Assembly: GCA_050084985.1 (NCBI GenBank)
Contig: JBITNC010000001.1
Span: 205,406,001 to 205,470,000, forward strand
Source of the DNA: Nageia nagi
Taxonomy: Eukaryota; Plantae; Pinophyta
Length of the DNA stretch: 64,000 nt
Direction of reading: 5' to 3'
A model generated the notes under the pieces. It did not search any database and was not told where the DNA came from. It was given only the letters and a program-made list of their open reading frames with translations. Below, piece after piece: positions 49,476 through 63,200 of the stretch. The stretch's first letter is position 1. Each line of letters opens with the position of its first letter. The position numbers and the translations under genes are program-made.

Positions 49476-50159
49476 CTTGTACTAACATCAGGAGAGCTTG
49501 AACATTCTGCCAGAAGAGAAGCAGTACTTTTTCCATCAATTGCATCCATATCAAGCAGAGTTGCCACTAGCAATTCCAACTAGTTCACACATAGATCCAC
49601 AAAATCATCAAGAGTATCATAATGGAAATGATGAATAAATGTAGATAGTGTAAAAAGCCTTTAAAACATTGTTAAAACAAAGGTTCCACACCTCATCTGG
49701 ATTAGCGTAGTCAATACCGTCAGCTTCTTCCAATGCAGATGCCATGCTCCAATATGCGTCCTAGATATGGAATTCTAGAACATGATTAAATATAATAGAA
49801 AAAGTTACATCCAAAAGTTCATTGTCAATTATTTCCTTGCTCGTTCATTCTATGGCAAAGAAAAAATATGAAACAAATACAAATATTTTGTTATGATGGG
49901 TAAGAACCTGGATAGCTGTTATTTGATCGTCAGAGACTTTTCCTGGAAATATTTTGAATGCTTTTCCCTTCTTCTCAATCACCAGCCCCTCCACAAAGCC
50001 TTTCTGACCTTGGAAATCTACACTTATTGGCCTGTTCATTATGCAAGCAGTCATTAAATGTCAAAAATAAGTGCGAGACAGTTAAATTACAGAATTCAAA
50101 TGTTTGACTTACACTTGGTACATTGTTCTCACCATCATATCACGGACATTCTTCACAAA
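49476..50159 (-). CDS. AAF: Senescence-associated protein AAF/OSA15 (chloroplastic), four internal exons: 50113-50159, 49908-50031, 49692-49760, 49476-49579
   Basis: GT-AG bounded exons splice in frame to FVKNVRDMMVRTMYQVPIS...ITAIQDAYWSMASALEEADGIDYANPDELELLVATLLDMDAIDGKSTASLLAECSSSPDVSTR, which matches the conserved AAF/OSA15 core as I remember it. Confidence 0.88.
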
Positions 50160-50479
50160 CTGCATAAGAACATTCCAACACGATAATCAACGTTGCTATC
50201 TCAAACCATAAAACTTGTAGCAGGTGCAAGTATTAAAGGTATATACTCCACTGCAAGAAATATTTCAAAAAGTGTTCCATGGTCTGGTAAACAAGCATAT
50301 AGTGCAAAGGGACTACTAAATGCACTTGGTTTGAGTAACTCAAGAACTTTCAGTTCAAATTTTCATTAGATAAGTATGTAGAGATAAATACTTAGGTAGA
50401 ATTTATTTTAGAAAGAATGAAAGAAAACATATTAATGTCCACGGGTGACCAAAAATATGTCAATGTGACTTGATGGTAC

Positions 50480-53400
50480 AATCCAAATAAAAGGAAAAAC
50501 TACTAGGGTTTGAGAACCCTAGGGGCTGGCGTAAAAACTCTACATTCTATCATCCAAAGAGAGGCTAATGAAAATCCAACAACGTCAAAAGAGCTTTTCT
50601 GGTAATGTCACAAGTATGATGCATCAAAAATGGTTGAATCACTATTCACCATTGTAAAGGGGCTAATGATAGATCTAATCAATGTTTTTAAAATTGCCGA
50701 ATTTTGTGCTGAATTGTCGGATAATTGCAAAGGGGGAAACCGCATAATCACCTGAAAATTTGCCAAACCGGAATATTTGCAAAATATGCGATTTTTTCAA
50801 AAAGTGGCGATTAGTGGTAGGTCATGATTATTTGGGAGAATCGCAGATCCCACCCAAAAAAATACGTCGAAGAACTTCGAAAAAATGTCAAAATTAGTTA
50901 AATTCGGCTTAAAAGCATAATGGCCCCCCTTATTTGTCATTTCATTTCAACTTTGAAGAGCCTTGAGAGTCTTGGAGCAATCTTGAGAGTCTTTTTTGCA
51001 GATTGAGGGTGACTGCATGTTCTTGGCAAGGTTGATAGGAATTTGGAGCAAGTGTTTGTTCACAGAAACTTTTACAGCCAGCTCATTGGAGGAGAGTGAG
51101 AGTGAGACTTCCAATTAGCTCGTTGAAGGTCCATACTCCTATCAGTTGAAAGTTTAATTCTATTCTCCAGCCCTTTGTTTTTACTGATTCAGTATTTTAC
51201 TGTTCCAAGTTGCAAGTATAATGTCATTATTTTTTTCAAGGAATCACTTAGTCCATCCTTGATGTGTTTGAACTTTCAGTTTCAATTTTGTTTTTTGAAA
51301 AATGAAAGAAACATTCCGATATTTATGGTTTTATGACATTATGTAATCACTATGCAGTATGAAGTTATGAACTATGAATTTCATAGTTTATGTAATCGTT
51401 TTGATATGTTCTATGAAGTATCACTACGAAGTGCAAAAAATGTATTGTTCTGATTTCTAGTGCAATGTTATGTGTTTTGGACCTTTTGGTAATGCAAAAT
51501 TGGAATTGGTATCTAAAATACATATATTTTTTTTACATTTTTTTTCCCAACTTTTGCCGCTTTTTTGCCAAATCGGCGATTAATCGCTGCAGCCATCCAA
51601 CTGATTATTGGCAAGGAGCGAACTTTAAAACATTGGATCTAATCACATCCAACAATGACTGCTTGGAGCTAGGAAGACTAAGTCAATCTCTCCTAACATC
51701 CAAGGCCAAAGGATCCTCTATAGTAGAGAAAAAGCTGGTGACATGCGACTATTTGACCCTGGAAGCGAATAGGAGGTAGATGATCCAATATGATGAGTAA
51801 TGTTTGGTCAATGGCATTGGGGTGGAGACGAGAGTGATAGCCAACACTAGTGGTTGTGCGCGAAGGTAGACACTGTTGCACTAACATGTGCCCACAAGCT
51901 TGTTGAATGGTGTTGTTTGAGGGTTGTTTGGTGCCTCTAGGGTTTGGGATGGGCTAAAAAAAGGAGTTGATCAACCTAATGGTTTGAAAGATCTCTTTGG
52001 CTACTTATTGAAGGGCTCTACGTCTAAAGATAGTAACCTTTTGATGGAAAAGGGCCAAGCATATCTAATTGTGATATTAGAAAAAAGTGGATAAGGCGCC
52101 TTCGGATCCTTTATACAAACAATGGTACCTCCCCCAAATCTCTTAATATGTGGGGCATTGAAAATTCAAGTTCGCCTCATTCTCCACCTCTTGGAGGGAG
52201 CAGAGATGACAAGTCCTATCATTGCAAGGAATATGGTGGTTTGTTTCAACTCAGAGCTAGTGGGAGTATACTCATAGTTGGTCGAGGGGAATCCTTAGAC
52301 CGTAAGACCAATGGTGATGAAGGTAGGCTTGCTCAACAGTGGTACCATCAATAATCTGCAAAAAATACTCAACATAGAAAGCCACCTTGGGGCTAAAATG
52401 CTAAGGGGGAGAGAGCCAAGCAACCTCGATGTATTGTTAATAAATATCCTTTATGACTGATCTATGGATGTCAGCCTTTGAGGGACAAAGGTGAGGGGGA
52501 GCATCCAAAGAGTAGCTAAATGGTGGAAGTTGATTGAAGGATATGCCAATGGACTAAAGAAGCATACTAGCCTTGGAATACCAACATCATCTATATGCCT
52601 AGTAAGACCTAATGAAGCAAGCCTCTCTAAAGAGCACAATGCTAGAAAAGGATACCTCTCGCGGCCCAAAGCAAAGTCACCTTATAGCTTGAGTCTATGA
52701 AGGAAGAATGTAAGTCTAAATATGCTCTAAGATATAGCAATAATGGTAGTGCAACAACCTCGCACTAAACAATAGACTAGGGGATTGTTCATTTCCAAAA
52801 AAGCATGCACTGAAACATGATGGTTTGAATCCTCTCAATATGTGCCCATGCATCAGGTTTGGAACAAGGGCCCCAAACCTCTTATCCATAAAGAACTATG
52901 GCTTTAATGAGTGTATTGAAGAGACATTTCATTTAAGAGATGTCCTAGAAGTGAATTTGAAAGCACCGATGTTCTAAGATGGAGAGTAAAGCATATCCCT
53001 TACAAAGGCATGATTGAGATGTCAATTTTAGGTTGAAAATGTCCTAGAGAACTAAAACCCTAGGTAAGTGTATGCAATTGTGATCTTGACTAGTTCCCCT
53101 TTAAAGAATTGGAACCTGGAGAGAGCATCTCGAGAGGTGTTACATATCATGACCTTAGTCTTATTGAGATTAAATGCTAGCTATCTAGTCACGCAAAAGT
53201 GAGTGCATCCAACTGTCGCTAAAGGCCCTCAAGGGAGTGTAGAAGGAGGGTCACATCATCAACAAAAAGAAGTATAGCTATTTTAATGTGATGAAAACAA
53301 CAACTATGATCAATGTGAGTGTGCAGTTGAAGAAAATCCTCAAGGTCATCTATGTAGGTGCCAAAAAGAGTAGGTGAAAGAGGGCATACTTTTTTAACAC

Positions 53401-55090
53401 CAACAATACTATTGAGGATGTCTGAAATCATGAGAAATCTTGAATCAACCAATAATTGTCTCATAAAGCTTCATAATAACAATCATAAAGGTATTAGAAA
53501 TGTCAATGGTGTGTAGATTCTAGAGAAGCAAGTGCTACAGAACAATGTCAAAGGCCTTCTTGAAGTCTACAAAACAACAAAAGACTTTAGAAGACCTTTG
53601 ACAAGCCTCCTCAATCATAGCTCAAAGTGTGAAGATATGTCCAATAGTCTGAAAATCCATCTTGAAACCAACTTATCCAAGGACCCTATGCTCACCACCC
53701 TCCAAGTGGTTTGACAATATCATATCCAACATCATGGCATAAAGCTTGGAAAAATGTGTGCATGATCATGATGATCCTATAATTATTTGGTTCAAGTACA
53801 ATCCCCTATTTTGTGAATAGGATTAATGATGTGCCATGACCAAGAGGAGGGAATCCCCAAACAAACAACCTTATTGAACAACTTTTTAATGGCGAGGCAA
53901 GTGAGTTTACACCATATTTGAGGAAGACTTCTTGTAGACCTTCACAATTTGCTACTTTGTTAGTGAAAAGTTTCCAAATGGCTCTTTGAATATCCCCTAG
54001 GCTGAACAACTAACAAGAAGGGGTAGGGGAAGTGACATGCTAAACCTGTTGATCTGGAATATCATAAAGAGAACTAGCACAAGAGACCCATGTCTAGGGT
54101 CAATTTCTGAAGGAGGAGGTTTCCTTGGGAGGAGGGTATGCTAAACGAACTTAAGAGAGTGGTGAAGAGAGTCAATGAATTCATGATGAATGGAGGCAAG
54201 AAATTTTCTCTTCTTTCATATAAGAAGACAACGATAATCTCTCTATGTGGACAGTATAGATGAAGGGTTGTGGGCTCATGCAAAGCAAATTCTTAGATGC
54301 ATAGAATTACACTCCTCATTGTACCATTGATTCCTAGGGCAGCACCTCGAAGGGTAGGATGGTCTATAGAGATGTGTCTTATGGGGAAAGGAGTCAAGGG
54401 ACACTTCCCTAAGGGTGTAGTATAATACTCGTATTTGCTAATAGTGGTAGGGAGGGAGGATTGACAAGTTTTTTTTGGTAAGAAGCTGGGAGCGGCAGGT
54501 AACATAATCATTAGCGTACCAAGTGTTGAAAAGGATAGTGGGATGGTGAGTACTAAGGAAGTCCGAGGAAAGGAGGGAGAGGGGGGAGGAAGGGGAGTGG
54601 AGAGGTCACAAACTCAGAGATTCAAGTTCTTTGCTCTGACGTATCCTCTCTTTTTCAAATTTAACTTGCATTGCCATTTCAACAACAGGAGGAGTTTTCT
54701 TACCCTTGACCACTTGCATCCACAAATTATGTTCTTCCACCTTTTGGATGGACTACTGTTGATTTGTTGTTTCTTGTTTAAGATATTCCTACTATGTAAT
54801 AATCTTTGATTGTTTATACTTGATTTCAAAGATCACATCATAGTATTGTTGCAATTGTTGGTTTAGGATTTCGACAATAGGAAGTGCCTAAGATTGTTCA
54901 AGTCCGTCAATTCTATCTTTTAACTCCATCATAAGACTGTCCTGTTCTTTTAAATGCTGTTGGAGAAGTGATAACAATTCGCCAAAATCATTCCCCATGT
55001 GCTCCAATTGGGCAATGCGATTGCACATTCTACAATAGTTCAACTATGGTGTTTTAGGTTGGCAAAATTTGGGTGTCTTGGTGTTTGAAA
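50480..55090 (-). mobile_element. Decayed non-LTR retrotransposon (LINE) in the AAF intron
   Basis: RT motifs FVDFKKAFD (~53550-53580), GVKKVCPLSPTLFG and LLFVDDVTLL (ORF 53219-53464). Coiled-coil ORF1-like remnant at 54600-55030. Boundaries approximate. Confidence 0.75.
50680..51635. mobile_element. Non-autonomous hAT element (MITE-like), 956 bp
   Basis: TIRs CAATGTTTTTAAA / TTTAAAACATTG. Perfect 8-bp TSD GATCTAAT (50672-50679 and 51636-51643). Confidence 0.9.
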
Positions 55091-56378
55091 CCCCTTAGGG
55101 ACAGGGCATATTCATGATGTCAATCTTGTCTATCTCTATCTGTTTGTCTTTGTGTATCTTTGTCTCTGTTTTCTGTCTCTGCCTGTCTATATCTATTTTT
55201 CTCACTTTGTTTTTGTTCCTATCCATGATAGGAGGCAACACATGGTGAAAAACCGGAGGAACAAATAATATGTAGGAAATCACAAACAATGCACAAGATT
55301 AAATCAATATGTTACAGCCTTCAATTTGACTTTTAACATACTTTGAACAGACAAATGAAGCCAATATGATTTTATAAATAATAAAGGACAAACTAGGGTA
55401 AAGAGGCACCACATATTATCAAGGAAACCCCAGTAGGGGAATAGAAATTGAAAAATAAATCACCCTTGAAAAACTCAATCAACAAAATAATGACTTGCAC
55501 TTTGCAAGGGAGCTGCCAACAATGAGATTAAAGGAGATCAAGAAGCAGATCTACTTCTTTCTATTATGGGAAAAACTGAATTCTGTATAGGGTTTTGTTT
55601 GAGGCTTGGGTGTTGGTGCAAAGTTTTATGCACCTCACTTCACACAAAAGTTTATGGGCTATCATGCTTAGCCAAAAATGATAGATCCTTCTATTATTTG
55701 AAAACAATCAAAACTACAAAAAACCAGCTTTGGCTTGTATGGGGAAAACAATTGCAAATAATTTGTCCATATATTGCTACAACTGTTTCAAAAGCAGCCT
55801 TGGAAATAGCTCTAATACCACTTCTAGCATTTTTGTAATTTCAAATATGGCAAACAGAGAAAATGTTGCTGCCATTATGGAAATAATCATTCATCACAGA
55901 TACAATGAACAGAATTGAAAGAATAGAATGAAAATAAAGAGCAACTTCTCATCCATAATAATAAGTATCACAAGCCTCTTCAAGGGAGCAACATCCAAAC
56001 ACAGAATAATTGTAGAAATTATGATTAGTTGATAATGTTAGGGAAGGTCCCTAACAACGTTTTACATAACTATGTTGACCAAATTACAATATTGATCAGA
56101 TTACAATAATTACATTTTCTAGACATGTTATTTAGAATTCAGAAATATAAATTTATATTAGAAAGTTATAATATAAAAAATTTAAAGTTCTCCCCCTTAA
56201 AAATGCTGAATGAATATATTTTTTAATAGTTATTTAGGATTTTGAAACATTAAAAACAGATTTTCTTTGTTTATTGAAATTAGCTGACAATTTTTTTTTA
56301 TCTATTGTTCTGATGATAATTTTTATCCTTAGGGAACTTGAACACGAAATCAAACCCAACAACTCAGGTCACAAAATT

Positions 56379-56947
56379 AAAACTTAAGGCAAACAATTTT
56401 GAAGCAGTGAATATAAGGTGAACCAAAACTATCACTTGTTGCAATGAGGGTTTCTGATATGCCAATTAAGCATGTTGGCTAGAGTGGGGACTAAATGTCA
56501 ACTGTAAGTTCAACTTATTATTCAAGGGATTTCATGATACGAGTAGCCACTGTACTCTAACATGAAATCTGCATTACAAGTCTCTTTCCATGCAGTAAGT
56601 TTTTCATCTTGTCACTCGCACCTTCAGTCAGGATAGTGTATCACTAAGCAAGTAGTAGTCAATCAAAACCTAAGGCAAACAATTTTGAAGCAGTGAATAT
56701 AAGGTGAATTAAAACTCTCACTTGTTGCAATGAGGGTTCTGATATGCCAATTAAGCATGTTGGCTAGAGTGGGGACTAATTGTCACCTGTAAGTTCAACT
56801 TATTATTCAAGGGATTTCATGATACGAGTAGCCAGTGTACTCTAACATGAAATCTGCATTACAAGTCTCTTGTCATGCAGTAAGTTTTTCATCTTGTCAC
56901 TCACACCTTAAGTCAGGATAGTGTATCACTAAGCAAGTAGTAGTCAA
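56379..56947. repeat. ~285-bp direct tandem duplication, two highly similar copies
   Basis: taaggcaaacaattttgaagcagtg...aagcaagtagtagtcaa at ~56379-56662 and ~56665-56947. Confidence 0.92.
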
Positions 56948-57240
56948 CATCCTATATGTTCAGAAAGAAAAAACTTAGTACTTCATAACAGTGGTAAAAG
57001 AGTTATGTTTTACGATACATCATTTACGTAAAAGCACCAGATATATGAGGATTTTAACAAAGAAGGTGTTGTGACTAACACAACACACCCCAAAATCCTG
57101 TAATTTTGGAGACCCACTACACTAATGCTCAAATAATGTCATATCTATGTTAAAGCTTCAGCCACTTGGTTATCACATCCAACATCCTACACCTGAATGT
57201 TACAACCTTCCCAGTCTTAGCCATGGTAGACAAAGCTCAG

Positions 57241-60200
57241 TGTTGATGCCTCAACACACCCCTCCTCATCTTTTTGCAAAAGATAAGGGGACCCTCAGCT
57301 TCAAACAGCATTTTTGAGCAAGAATGGAAGAAAATTGTTCAGAATAGCCCAAAGTGCAACTTTAAAATCAGATGAGAAGCTTACTTAAGAAAAACAAGCA
57401 TTTTCTAGGAAATTCATGCATGCGAACATGTGTGAAATCTGAAAGTGGTTAAGTTCATCGTTGATCACATGTCGAAAGAAAGATACATTTTCGTGGAATA
57501 GCACAACCACCTTCTCAAGCAAGCTTTAGCATTCAAAGAAGTTGTTGAGTCCTCAAATCCTCCATTTTGAAGGTGTTCGCATGGTATCTAATAGTTACAA
57601 AGTCATCTTCCTCAAACCATGCGACTACCTCTCTTGAGCAACCAAGAAGCATAAAATTGGGCTAGGTGATGGAAATTCTCTTCCCAAGGGCGTTTGCATG
57701 ATTCAAGTTTGTTGCAAGCTCATCTTTTTGTGGCCTCCCGACCACCATTACTAGCACATTGCATTTGCCTTGATCACAATCGGCCTTCACTTGAACCAAA
57801 TGGACGAGGGCACTTGGCAAGGAAGTCATTATATAAAGAAGGACCGCCTAGTTCACTTAACACATTCATATTGCAGCATCAAAGGTGTTCACATGGTTCT
57901 TGAAAGTAGCATTTTTATCTTCCTAAAATCATGCGACCACCCTCCTTTCAAGTTTTAAGTTCAAGGATCGACTAAGTGTTGGGAAGGAGGCTTGTAAGAA
58001 GTGTTCGCATGGTTTCAAAAGGTTGAAATTCCATCTTTCTCAAAGCGTGTGACCACCTCTTCCAGACGTTAAGCATGCGTGCAAATGCTTTGTCTTGAAA
58101 TCATTCGGCCTCCACTCTGACCAACCCAACAAGGACACATGTCAAGAACGGAGCTATAAAAACTTGTCATGTCCAACTTTCACCCAGTTAAGCTTTAGCC
58201 TGCAAGCTGGTCGTGCGATACATGAAAGTCATTGTTGCACCTCATTGAAAACGTACAACCACTTCCTTTCTTACATTTTGCACTACCATTAGTGGTCGCA
58301 TGGTCCCATATAGTCAACCTTGCATCTCTTTGAAGGCAAATGACCACCATCATTCCTGCATCTTAAGGCTAAGTTTAGCTTGTTAAACATTTTTAGTGGT
58401 CGCATGGTTCCCTAAAGTCACCATTGCATCTTTTAAGGAAAGGCCGACCACCTTTTTGCATCTTCAAAAAATGACTAAGTGTGTTTGCATGGTCTCGAAC
58501 AGTTAAAGTTTCATCTTCTAAAAGGCATGCGACCACCTTTGTCATGCATAATAAACGACACTTGTTGAAAAACTTGCCTTCCCTCCTTGAAATATTGCCA
58601 TTTGGCAATCCTGAGCAACTATAAAAGGGGGAAGGAAGGTGATTTAGTCTAAGCTAGCATCTCATAGTGCTAGTCGCACAATTTCAAAAGGTTACATTCC
58701 CATCATTTCCAAACCGTGCAACCACCACCGCATTGCATTATCCTTGCATTGTTGTTTGCATTTCATGGTCTATTGCATCGTTCATTTTGCATCAACTCAT
58801 TCCACGACATGTTCGCATGGTCCCTAGGAGGTAGGCGTCCATCATTATGAATGCATGCGACCACCTTTTTTCGCATTTAAATCATTTTAGCATCCATTTC
58901 TGTCCTAGAAGTGGGCCCACGCATTTTGTTACCGTTTTGTGGTCACTTCATACATTTAAGAGTCATTACCATTTGCATTTTCAAAAAAAAAAAAGAAACC
59001 ACTAGTCGGCCACCTTGTCATCATCCATGCATTGAAATTAGGTTCTTGGCAACGTTGCATGTAGGGAGAAATTAGTCACCTTACTTTCATATAAAGGCAT
59101 ACGAGTTTGTCAGGCATTACATCCTCCTTGCATTACACCCCTCATCCGTCACAGTCAGTTGCTACTAATTCAGTTTACTTGCAGGTTAAAATAGCAAAGA
59201 TCAATTCTAAGCTAGGCAAATCCAAAGAGATGCAGTTAGCCAGGTTGACGAAGCACAGTCAAATAGAATTTGCAAAAGAGAACCCTAAAGATCCCCTGAA
59301 GCAAGCTAAATTTAAGAATAACTTTACCAATGTCCAGGATACCAACTGGTCTCACACTGACCCGATTCGAACACTCCAGGCCATTGGGGAGTTGGACAAA
59401 TTCCAAATCTCTAAAGAAGTAGTATGTACTTCTAGATTGGCGACTACCACATTAATTCCTTTTGTCGTTCCTTTTCCAAAGCTTGTATGGAGAGCTTACC
59501 CCAAGTGGTGGTTAGAGTCCAGATGGGACTACTATACCATGAGAAACGATGGATGGGAGTTACAAATCTATAAAGAAATTAAGGGAAGGCAGATGGTGAA
59601 AAGAATCTCCGATTCAGCCGTTGAGGCCATCCGAGGGCATGCTGACTATTTTCTTGAGGGCCCCGCACACACTTACATCCGGGTCTATGGCTCTGAAGTT
59701 AGGCCTTATCTCTTGCCTCGATAAACCAGTAACCATCTTGTCCTTATGGAATTCTGCAGACAGTTGCTATTTTTATATGAAAATGTATGGAAGAAGAAAA
59801 ATGCCACAACTAATCTCCCTATTTCAATCGGGAACTACTTTGCTCAACCTGGAAAGAAGCTAAGGAGATGGGCAGTGAATTATCTTACTACCACTTCAGT
59901 GAGGAGGAGGCAACTTCCCATTATGACCCTGAAGGAAGCATCCAGTGCTTTTTACAAATGGGCATTTAGGAATCCTATGATCTATGAACATCGATGTCTC
60001 AAGAACAAGGAAAAATACAGAAACAAGAGGTAGGAGAAGCATATTGAAGAGGTTCATCAAATCCTAATAGCTGGAGGACGAATCAACAGGAGGATCCAAA
60101 ACCTGAACCCTCGTATTGCCTCTGTTGATAAATCTACCTCCTCTTCAAGAGTGAGAAGACACCAGGGAAGGACAGGAGCATGCTACTCTAGGTGGGGTAA

Positions 60201-63200
60201 AGCCAGGAATCCACACTGTAGTCAAGGAGATTACCAAAGATATTGCCATCATGAAGGAAACAGGATATTCAAATTTCCCTCTCTGATAGCTCGAAGATGC
60301 TATCCCAAAAGATGTTCCTACAGTGCCTATCATCCCCTTTCGGGCTGAGAATCCTCTAGTCCATCCCGACTTATTGACACCAACAAAAGAATATGCACTA
60401 GATACATTCCCAGAGCCTATTGAGGTTGCAATCCAAGAAATGCTCTTATTACAAACCAACCAGAGAACCCTAGCTCCTCAAGTTCATCTTCCAATTCCGA
60501 AACATCTTCCGAATCATCTAGTTCACATGAATCAAGTTCAGAAGAAGGAGAGACTGAAAAAGAGATTGAGGAAGAGCATGAGGATGGTGAGCACTACTAT
60601 TCTAACTCACATGACACTCAAATCTTAGACACTGAAGGGGATTCTGATACAGAAGAAGTTGATGAGATATTGCCTTCTACGTCCACAACAGTTAAGCAAA
60701 GAAAAAGAAGGCATTGCCTTCTTCTGAATCTGCCACTTTGCAAAGAAAAAGAAGGTCGTCCCCCAAGAAAGGAGCTTCTCAAACAACCCCTAGCAAACCT
60801 TCAAAGCCAAGTAGAACTTTTGCAGTTGGAGATGGAGGAGATGAGGAAGATAAAGGAGAAAGTAAGGAACAGAAAAAGAAGAGGAAGCAACAGAAGCATG
60901 GCAACCACAAGTCATCAAAGAGTAAGTAGAAGCCAACTCAGGAAAAGAGCCAACAATTGAGAATTGAAGAAATTCCCCGGGAATCTGCTCCAACTAATAC
61001 GGATACCACTTTGGCCAACATCGCAATTAGCTTAGCACAGCAAAAGGAATATGATTTTGACATTGATGCAATAATCAAAGATCTCCAGATGAGCTACCGA
61101 AGTGACGATGACGAGTCCAGCCAAAGGAAGGAAGCTATGTCGAAGGATTCCCCGATCGAGGAGATAGACACTTTCGTGTCTATGAAAAATGATATGGTGA
61201 TCGTCAACAGATGTTATTCTAAGAAAAAGCATCTACAAGATTTGCAAGACATGCGAGTCCACACCAAAGAATTTAAAGTAAAGAAAATTGGGTGGGTTGG
61301 ACGCAAACATGCCATTAATTACAATGTGGATGAGATGGTCAAACAAGGGATCAAGAGGGAAAATACTGTTAAAGAATTGCAGAAGGATTTGGCTCGAAAG
61401 AACAAGCTAGTGAAAGAAATAGAGACCACGAAAATGACCATCGAAGATATCAAAGTCCAAACTTCACTAAACGTTGGTATCATTTCCACTAAAGAAACTC
61501 TAGTCAATGCAATGATGAGAGTGGTCAATGAGCTTTCACTCTGGTTAGTTGCCCTTACAGACGAACAAAAGATTGAGAAAAACACAATGGCCGCCATTTC
61601 ACAGTTACTTCAAGATTTTCAAAATCATGAGCAAGCCATTCAAAATATCAGAAGGGCATCTGAAGGACAACCTAGTCGAGTACAATATTGCCAAGAATTT
61701 GCCTACCACTTGCATTGGTTGAGGTTCGCTATGGGAGATTGTGCCAATCTTGCACAAGCGAGGGCCGAATTGACATTTGCCTTAGTCTTTCAAATGAGCC
61801 AGTTCGTACAACCTATCAGTTTTATGAATGTAGATGGAAGCACCAGGCGAGTTGAGCTCACTATGCAGGAAGATCAAAACATTGTCAAAGAGCTCATCTT
61901 CACGAAGGATGTAAATTTACTGAGGGTTGGGACCCACATTGTGAATCAACAGAACTTGGCCGTTTGGAAATTTCAGATGGAAACTACCTCTCAGTTCATC
62001 CTCGACTTCCAAAATAGAAAGGATGAAGAATTACCAGGTGCACTTACTATAGAACTTGCCAAGGCCAAGGCATTCTTCGATGATCGATCTCACGGGATTC
62101 CTGAGAACATCTTTGCTGCTGCTCACTCTACCGGTCCCACAGAGGGATGATTAGGTAAATGCATATTTTATTTTCCAACTTATTATTCATATATTTTAAA
62201 TTTCGCATTGTGATGGATGAGTTTTTACTCCCACAGTTGCGAAAAGACTCTTGATTTGACATAAAGATGGAATCCAATATAATCGAATGTGATCAGATGC
62301 GGATTTAGTTGATGTGACGTTTAGCGGTGCTGTTTGGCTGCAGTTTTGTTTTCTATCAATAGTTTTCGCATTTTACAATACAGTATTAGGGTTGTATAGT
62401 TGTTTTAGGGCAACATTTCATTTAATGAGGTTGTTAGTAGCATACTATAAGTACCCCTCATCAGATCATTTTGAAGAGAGATAAGGATCTAGGAGAGATA
62501 GTTATGTAGTTAGAGATATGCATATGGTTGAATGTATGAGCATAAAGATTGTGCAATTGCTTTGAGTTGAATGTCAATTTTCTGAAGAGCATATTTTGAA
62601 GCGCAACTTTTGCAGTTGAAGTTTTCATTACATGTATGTATGATCAATCTTTCTAGGAAACTTTGTCATCAATGAAAGTCTGATTGTGTATTTCATGGGA
62701 TTGTAGTTTATGTTGATGGCATGGCATGCATGTTGTAGCAACATTTATATATTTATGAGCATTTCCTTTGAAAATCCGGCACTTTAGGGAAAGATTGTTG
62801 AATATCTTTCTTAAATGGATGATTGATCATTCCTGCAATCTGCATACAGTTGCATTATTTTGGAATTACTCTGCTTTTCTGATATTTGATTGGCTTTATC
62901 CACCGGAAATGAGAAACTGATCCACACACCATTTTATATCCACCTTACCACACCGGTGATTACCTTGTGCTCTTGCTAGGGAAAGATCCGAACCCAATCA
63001 CTTCCTCTCTTGCTTGATTACCCAGCGGAAATTTCATAATAAATCTGAAAGCAAAGTCCCAAACCCTATACAACGGTAAATAATCATTACTTACCTTACC
63101 ATCGACTACTAAGTTCACTTCGCTCTTGCATATCTATACACCCGGAATACCATTGTCCTTTGCTTTGAGTATTGTCATGAAAGTTACAGAAAACTGTGAA

